Source of the DNA: Macrostomum hystrix
Taxonomy: Eukaryota > Animalia > Platyhelminthes
Length of the DNA: 64,000 nucleotides
Assembly: GCA_950097015.1 (NCBI GenBank)
Contig: CATNEN010000031.1
Location: forward strand, 1,612,001-1,676,000
Reading direction: 5' to 3'
Position numbers and translations under genes: made by a program. The notes under the pieces are model-generated. The model was not told where the DNA came from and made no database searches. It saw only the letters and a program-made list of their open reading frames with translations. Each line of letters opens with the position of its first letter. Position 1 is the first letter of the stretch. Of this stretch, positions 56,701-64,000 are shown piece by piece.

Positions 56701-59700
56701 TGGGGCTGAGATTCGAACTCCTGACCTCCAAACTAGTTGAACTACAAGCGGCACTCACTTGGCATCGAGTCTATTGTAAAAGAATGCGTAGGCGCTTTCA
56801 TTGGCAATCCGCAGCACAGCCGCACTGGACACCATCTCGTCAGTGACCAGGTTGACTCTCACTGCAATGTCCTGCTCAGACTCCAGGCCTTTGAATGCGG
56901 CCTTGACTCGCAGCCGGTAGGTGCCGTGAGGCAGGCTCTCCCTGGTCACAATGGAGCCCTCTTTGGTCAGCCGGAACAGGTCGTCGTGAGTCAGGAGGGT
57001 CAGCTGTACATCGGTGGGCCGATGATGCAACAGTTGCACGTTGCCAATGTGCACAGTTGGTTGCAGGCGGTAATAAAAATTAGAAGTCATGTTGACGGCT
57101 AAAATCTTTGGCGGCACTGAGTCTGCCTTCACTGTGCGAATCGTGACCGTGGTGTAGTTGCACCGGATCACATCCGCGCTGTCACACACCTGCGATTGTA
57201 AGCCGTCAAATGTTTGTTAAACTCTTCGAAATCACCGGCAATGAATGCGAATCGTAATGACCAATTTGAAGACTGAATAGAGGGTAATGACCGATTTGAA
57301 GACTGAATAGAGGGTAATGACCAATTTGAAGACTGAATAGAGGGTAATGAACAATTTGAAGACTGAATAGAGGGTAATGACCGATTTGAAGACTGAATAG
57401 AGGGTAATGACCGATTTGAAGACTGAATAGAGGGTAATGACCGATTTGAAGACTGAATAGAGTGTAATGACCGATTTGAAGACTGAATAGAGGGTAATGA
57501 CCGATTTGAAGACTGAATAGAGGGTAATGGCCGATTTGAAGACTGAATAGAGGGTAATGACCGATTTGAAGACTGAATAGAGGGTAATGACCGATTTGAA
57601 GAATGAATAGAGGGTAATGGCCGATTTGAAGACTGAATAGAGGGTAATGACCGATTTGAAGACTGAATAGAGGGTAATGGCCGATTTGAAGACTGAATAG
57701 AGGGTAATGACCGATTTGAAGACTGAATAGAGGACTACTCAAATACTAGATAGACGGAAATGACCAAACAAGGACATGATCAATGGTATGACAAATTAAA
57801 GACATAACCGATCAAACTGAAAATGCAAGGCTGGGAAATGACCCCAGCAAGTACAGGAGGTAGAGCAAACCTGGACTCTGAGCTTCTCAGTTCCCACCAT
57901 GTAGCCGCTACCCGGCTTAGCCCTGATGCGGCCGTTCATGATGCTGTAGCGCGGGTTGCCGTTCACAATGGACCAGCTGAATGGGGCGCCGTTCGGCGGC
58001 GCGTCACAATCCGTGACGCTGATCAAATTGCCATCGGCAGGCAGGAAGCCGCCAGTGTCCTGAGTTAAAAAAATTAGCGACTTGTTGAGACTAAATTCGC
58101 AACATGCTACTCACATTCGCATGTAAGTAAGATGGTAAACATTAAACAACTTTTTTGCAACAGAACAAGGGAAAAGTATAATATCTTAAGAGTACAGTGC
58201 AGATCTAAGGAAACAAAAAAATAAAAAGACAACAACAATAACAAACTATAAGTATCCAGTGCAATTTTTAAAGCAGAACAAGCTGGCTAGTAGATTTGGT
58301 GCAGAAAGCCCAAACTATATATAATGAGTGAAGTAGTTTATACATCTGACAACTATTGGATCAAAGTGCTCAGAGATAAAAATACTGATGCTGCTAGGTG
58401 CAGGAATTTTGTATTAAAAGTCTATATTGTATCTTAAAAATAAACAAGACATAATTGGGAATACATACATTCAAATATATTATCTGATTTAATTTTTGCT
58501 TCAAGTTAACTTTAACGAGCTAAAACTAACGGAAGTTAATAAAAACGGAAACTTTTTACTTCCACCCGTAGAAAGTAGCGCAGGCACCAAACCAAAAAGC
58601 ACTGGCACAACACAAAAATTAATGCATGGTTGAGTTGGCAGTTGCCAATATTTTTCTTACCATGTAGGGCTGCTGGCTGACATTTCCTCTGTCATCAATC
58701 TTAAATAAAAATAAATTGAGAGAAAATGATAGCATTGCAGGAATTTGGCAATTAAGCAGTTCAGATAGTCACTAATTGACACCTGCGATCTGATTTGTTC
58801 CGCTTCCATAGTTACAAACTTCAATTTTTTCATAACAAGGTAAACGGCGGGAGTAGCTAATACTAAGCTGACACAGTCAAATGATTCGTCATCTAATTAG
58901 TCAATACAAGCATTGAGCTTACATAAAAGTTTTTTTTACAGGAAACGCAAGACTAGATAAGGTTAGCTGTTTCTGCGCATGTTTAATCTGGTTTAAAAGT
59001 TTCTGAACAATCTGATAATAGCGCTATTTGTTGCGATAACAAACACACACAAACACACAGACACGCAAGGCTGCCGATGCTATTGAACAGTTCTTATCAC
59101 AATAAATTCTGCTACCAACTCTAGATACACGAGTACACGAGTCGTTTCATTGAGAACACTGGCCCCCGGTGAATGCAAAAATACAATATAAACTATCATT
59201 GTACCTAGCTGTAATAGATAAAATATGTTACAGACTTTCTATCATAAATGGATTAGAATAAAAATTGAAATTTGTTTGTTTTTACCTGTAAATTAACATG
59301 CCTGATGAAGGATCTACCTAATGAAAGATTTACGTAATGAAGGATCTACCTAATGAAGGATCTACCTAATGAAGGATCTACCTAATGAAGGATCAACCTA
59401 ATGAAGGATCTACCTAATGAAGGATCTACCTAATGAAGGATCTACCTAATGAAGGATCTACCTAATGAAGGATCTACCTAATGAAGGATCTATCTAATTC
59501 TATCTAATCTACCTAATGAAGGATCTATCTAATTCTATCTAATCTACCTAATGAAGGATCTATCTAATTCTATTTAATCTACCTAATGAAGGATCTTCCT
59601 AATTAAGGATCTACCTAATGAAGGATCTACCTAATGAAGGATCTACCTAATGAAGGATCTACCTAATGAAGGATCTATCTAATTCTATCTAATCTACCTA

Positions 59701-61508
59701 ATGAAGGATCTATCTAATTCTATTTAATCTACCTAATGAAGGATCTATCTAATTCTATCTAATCTACCTAATGAAGGATCTATCTAATTCTATTTAATCT
59801 ACCTAATGAAGGATCTTCCTAATTAAGGATCTACCTAATGAAGGATCTACCCAATAAAGGATCAACGTAATAGAGGATTAATCTGTCATATTATTAAAAG
59901 GCACACTTGATAAGTACAAACTATTAGCCATATTATAACATATCAAGTAGGATTGTTAGAAAGCCAAAAACTGCTAAACTATTTATTATACGAGCCATTG
60001 TCCAGTGCAAACTGACCTGCAGTATGAAGACATACTCCGGCCTGTCAAACTGCGGCGCACAATCGTTCACATCCAGCACGGTGATTTGCACAGTGGTGCT
60101 AGCTGACAGAGACGGAGAACCGTGATCCCTAGCCATCACTGACAATGTGTATGAGTCGCGAGCCTCTCTATCCGGACTAGTCCGCACAATCAGCCGGCCG
60201 GTATCTCTGTCTAGGGCGAACATTCGGTCCGGATCGCCGTCCAGCACCTCGTAGGTCAGTCGGCTGTTCTCGCCAGAGTCCGCGTCCGTAGCAACCACGT
60301 CTATGCTGAGCCGGGTGCCTGGCGGTTCGTTTTCTTTGACAGAGACTCGAAAACCGTCCGGCGGAAAACGCGGCGGGTTGTCGTTCTCGTCAAGGACTTT
60401 GACTGTGACGACCGCCGTGGCGCTGAGCGGAGGAATGCCCAAATCGAAGGCCTTCACAGTCAGGTAGTAAATCTGCTGGCGTTCGTAATCTAGCGGCGAT
60501 TTCACCCTCAAGGTGCCTGGAGTTGAGGAATGAAAAACGCTTGTGGACCCGGGACTGCGATGTGCAATCAGCTGGGAAAACATGCGGGATTTTTCAAATC
60601 CCATTTCTGCCTGTGTTTTCTGTTCCGTTTGTCCTTAAATGTTTATTATGATTACAGTTCTGTTCGAAATCTGCTAGGGTTAAGGTTTAGCTGAAAAATA
60701 TCAGGAAATTTTCTTTTTGGAAACTTTCATCTATTACACTATCTAACACGTAACTGTGTCTAACTATCTAACACGCAGCTGTGTCTAACTATCTAACATG
60801 CAGCTGTGTCTAACTATCTAACATGCAGCTGTGTCTAACTATCTAACATGCAGCTGTGTCTAACTATCTAACATGCAGTTGTGTCTAACTATCTAACATG
60901 CAGCTGTGTCTAACTATCTAACATGCAGCTGTGTCTAACTATCTTACAAACAGCTGCTAGAATGGGTAGTAGATTAGCATTAGTTGGTGTAGAAATTCAA
61001 GAGAGTGTGGTGGCCTCTCTAGTCCATGGACTAAAACAGCTGTACACAGCCAAGTGGCCCAATTTATTGAACAACAAATTAGAAGTAATCTTGATCTCAA
61101 CACCAATAAAATTCTCACCGTTAGTAGCGGACAAATCGAAATAATTGTCGTGGTCCATCAGCTGATATTGGATGATGGCATTGTTGCCAATGTCCTTGCT
61201 AGTGGCCTGCAGTTGCGTCAGCTCGTAGCCAACAGGCGTGGCCTCCGACAGGCTGAAGTCCATGCTGCTGCGAGCGAACTCAGGCGGATTGTCGTTGACA
61301 TCCATGAGGGTCAGGCTGACAGTCTGGGTGGTGCTCAACGGTTGCAGGCCAGAGTCTCTGGCAATGACCGGTATGCGGTGCACCGGGGTGGTCTCGCGGT
61401 CCAATTTTTGGAAGTCGACGCTGATTATGCCGGACCGGGGATCGATGCGGAAGTAGGCGGCTTCGGGTACGTTCGGCTGGATTGAGTAGACTATGCGCCG
61501 GTTCTCAC
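50760..61508 (-). CDS. FAT1: Fat-like atypical cadherin (FAT1/FAT3/kugelei class), 3' part: cadherin repeats, EGF, laminin-G, EGFs, TM, cytoplasmic tail; 5' partial
   Basis: Phase-consistent exons 61119-61508, 60017-60516, 57871-58059, 56759-57189, 56032-56461, 55442-55950, 54903-55137, 53401-54631, 50760-51577. DxNDNxP cadherin motifs, DVDEC Ca-EGF, a TM segment and the FAT1/3-type cytoplasmic motif GYHWDTSDW. Confidence 0.93.
52528..52605 (-). CDS. Candidate 78-nt symmetric cassette exon in the Fat cytoplasmic tail
   Basis: Acceptor tacttgcag|AG, donor CAAG|gttggt, phase 1-1, open frame EVQHFSGGVGVVGGSVSPAGSHASRQ, GC-rich island inside an AT-rich intron. Confidence 0.55.
54645..54895 (-). 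mobile_element. SINE family 1, 5'-truncated copy filling a Fat intron
   Basis: Long shared stretches with 47040-47300 (e.g. acacaggtgtgtacatctgccctgactttctcatcgtcaggcagtg) and an (ATT)n tail; head absent. Confidence 0.85.
55150..55400. repeat. Minisatellite, about 23-bp unit GGGATCTGAGGATAATTAGAGAC (Fat intron)
   Basis: About 10 variable copies filling most of intron 55138-55441. Confidence 0.9.
56510..56755. mobile_element. Two oppositely oriented tRNA-like SINE head fragments in a Fat intron
   Basis: GGAGTTCGAATCTCAGCC on + (about 56558) and on - (about 56705); a similar B-box fragment lies at about 5505-5530. Confidence 0.55.
57255..57730. repeat. Minisatellite, 30-bp unit GACTGAATAGAGGGTAATGACCGATTTGAA (Fat intron)
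   Basis: About 16 copies. Confidence 0.95.
59305..59860. repeat. Minisatellite, 16-bp unit AATGAAGGATCTACCT with longer ATCTAATTCT-insert variants (Fat intron)
   Basis: Tandem copies read directly. Confidence 0.95.
60745..60945. repeat. Minisatellite, 25-bp unit CTATCTAACATGCAGCTGTGTCTAA (Fat intron)
   Basis: About 8 copies. Confidence 0.93.
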
Positions 61509-61611
61509 CTGAGTGACGGGCATTGGACAGTGAAGTCATGATATTTAACTAAAAATTTTAAATCAAAGCAGCAGAGGACCCTAGCTAACACTTTCAATTC
61601 TGAATAATACA

Positions 61612-61895
61612 GTTTGAGAACACCTGTTAGACTGTTTGAGAACACCTGTTAGACAGTTTGAGAACACCTGTTAGACTGTTTGAGAACACCTGTTAGACAG
61701 TTTGAGAACACCTGTTAGACAGTTTGAGAACACCTGTTAGACAGTTTGAGAACACCTGTTAGACAGTTTGAGAACACCTGTTAGACAGTTTGAGAACACC
61801 TGTTAGACTGTTTGAGAACACCTGTTAGACAGTTTGAGAACACCTGTTAGACTGTTTGAGAACACCTGTTAGACTGTTTGAGAACAAATGTTAGA
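61612..61895. repeat. Minisatellite, 22-bp unit TTTGAGAACACCTGTTAGACAG (Fat intron)
   Basis: About 12 copies. Confidence 0.95.
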
Positions 61896-62714
61896 CTGCT
61901 TCAGAGATTACGTTAGATTTTTCTCGAAATCGTGTTAGATTGAGAAGACCTTAATCACACAAACGTTACTCTAAATACTTGGCGACTAAAAAGTTGAATC
62001 CCAGACAAAACTAATCAGAAATTGATTCATCTGATGAAAACCTTTAAAGCAGAAATTTTTGCCTCGTCAAATATACTAAAAATGCCATATCTAAAGATCA
62101 TATCTCTCATGCATGCGGGCGGATCATTTATTGATAATGATGAATAAAATAATGTTAGATTGATCAATAGAGAGATTGCGTGATCGCTTGAAGTTTTTGA
62201 AGTGGCCAAACTGATGCATCCGCTAAGACTGAAAAACGCGTATTCTAGTTATGTAGCAAGATTTATCAATCACTGCACACAATGGCTGCTGATAATGCAT
62301 TCACTCTATACTTTGTCTAACTTGCTTCGATTTATAATTATACGGATTATCCAGAACCGGAATAGAGAAATCAACTGCCCGCAGAGAAAACTACGGACGC
62401 GATGGTTGCACATGAGTCAGCCTAATAAGCCATGTTTGACTGTGCCTGAAGTAGGTAGGTGAATGTGAGTAGCTGGCTATAGTTTTGTCAATCACTGACA
62501 GAGAAATTCCAAATCACTAATTGGTCATACGGCTTGCCATCTTTGCAACCTGCCTGTCCAGCCTAATTGTAGGAGTGGCGGTCTCAAATTTCTCCCACAG
62601 ATCAGAGGCCTTACATATATGCATTATTATATAAACCAAGGTAATCACAGATGAGATTCTGTGGGATAAAAAACAACTCTGAGAGACTAGTCAAACCAGA
62701 TTATTCGCAACACT

Positions 62715-63700
62715 TTAGATTTCCCAATTAGAATGATAGAACAGATGAGATTTCCCAACTAGAATGATAGAGCAGGTGAGATTTCCCAACTAGAATGATA
62801 GAACAGATGAGATTTCCCTACTAGAATGATAGAGCAGGTGAGATTTCCCAAATAGAATGATAGAACAGATGAGATTTCCCAACTAGAATGATAGAACAGA
62901 TGAGATTTCCCAACTAGAATGATAGAACAGATGAGATTTCCCAACTAGAGTGATAGAACAGATGAGATTTCCCAACTAGAGTGATAGAACAGATGAGATT
63001 TCCCTACTAGAGTGATAGAACAGATGAGATTTCCCTACTAAAATGATAGAACAGATGAGATTTCCCTACTAGAATGATAGAACAGATGAGATTTCCCAAC
63101 TAGAGTGATAGAACAGATGAGATTTCCCAACTAGAGTGATAGAACAGATGAGATTTCCCAACTAGAGTGATAGAACAGATGAGATTTCCCAACTAGAGTG
63201 ATAGAACAGATGAGATTTCCCAACTAAAATGATAGAACAGATGAGATTTCCCTACTAGAATGATAGAACAGATGAGATTTCCCAACTAGAGTGATAGAAC
63301 AGATGAGATTTCCCAACTAGAATGATAGAACAGATGATATTTCCCAACTAGAATGATAGAACAGATGAGATTTCCCAACTAGAGTGATAGAACAGATGAG
63401 ATCTCCCAACTAGAATGATAGAACAGATGAGATTTCCCAACTAGAGTGATAGAACAGATGAGATTTCCCAACTAGAGTGATAGAACAGATGAGATTTCCC
63501 AACTAGAATGATAGAACAGATGAGATTTCCCAACTAGAATGATAGAACAGATGAGATTTCCCAACTAGAATGATAGAACAGATGAGATTTCCCAACTAGA
63601 ATGATAGAACAGATGAGATTTCCCAACTAGAATGATAGAACAGATGAGATTTTCCAACTAGAATGATAGAACAGATGAGATTTCCCAACTAAAGTGATAG
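62715..63700. repeat. Minisatellite, 31-bp unit AGATGAGATTTCCCAACTAGAATGATAGAAC (presumed Fat intron)
   Basis: About 31 copies. Confidence 0.95.
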
Positions 63701-64000
63701 AGAAAATATTTTTGACCTACAGTGAGACAGACTAAGCAGCCAATACTTGACCTGGAGTCTGGTCAAATCCCAATGGAAGATGCGCCATGGTGGGGTCAGA
63801 GTTTCAGAGATAGGGAGAGGGGGTAGAGAAGGCCACTTAAGTCCTGAGCTTTAAGGAGGCCAAATTTTTCTTTGATTATTTTGAGTATCTGCTTCAAGCA
63901 CCAGTGAACAAGGTGTGGCATGGGGGTTTATAGTTTGCTTTTGAGCCCGGGCGTCTAATTCCTTCAGCAGCAAATTGGTCAATAATATGCAAAAAGGGCT

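Noticed and set aside
58661-58699. Possible 39-nt Fat micro-exon (IDDRGNVSQQPYM)
   Set aside because: Exons 60017 and 58059 already join as FILQ|DTGG, matching the expected cadherin repeat; an insertion there has no support.
63745-63810. Possible upstream Fat exon
   Set aside because: Weak donor, and the translation lacks the expected DxDxG cadherin motif; the next exon is probably outside the window.

Overview
Eukaryotic (animal) genomic DNA with spliceosomal GT-AG introns, GC-rich CAG/polyQ-rich exons and AT-rich introns. The style suggests a free-living flatworm such as Macrostomum (inference only). Gene models were rebuilt by hand from splice sites and phase matching: a Ser/Glu-rich orphan gene (-, 3' partial); two tandem VPS4 paralogs (+); a class A peptide GPCR (-); a MAST kinase (-, about 15-19 kb) with a MICU2/3-like gene (+, single coding exon) nested in one intron; a secreted antistasin-like Cys-rich protein (-); a 121-aa four-TM protein (-); PP1 inhibitor-2 (+); and the 3' part of a FAT1/3-type cadherin (-). 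About 19 minisatellite arrays (16-68 bp units, roughly 10.5 kb or 16% of the window by hand count), two tRNA-derived SINE families and three MITE-like elements are also present. The main signal is how introns are built. Several consist almost end-to-end of a SINE (candidate retroposon-driven intron gain). Many others hold a private minisatellite whose unit, on the host sense strand, often resembles a splice signal. The VPS4 pair also shows a sharp gene-conversion mosaic. All coordinates were counted by eye; repeat edges are approximate.
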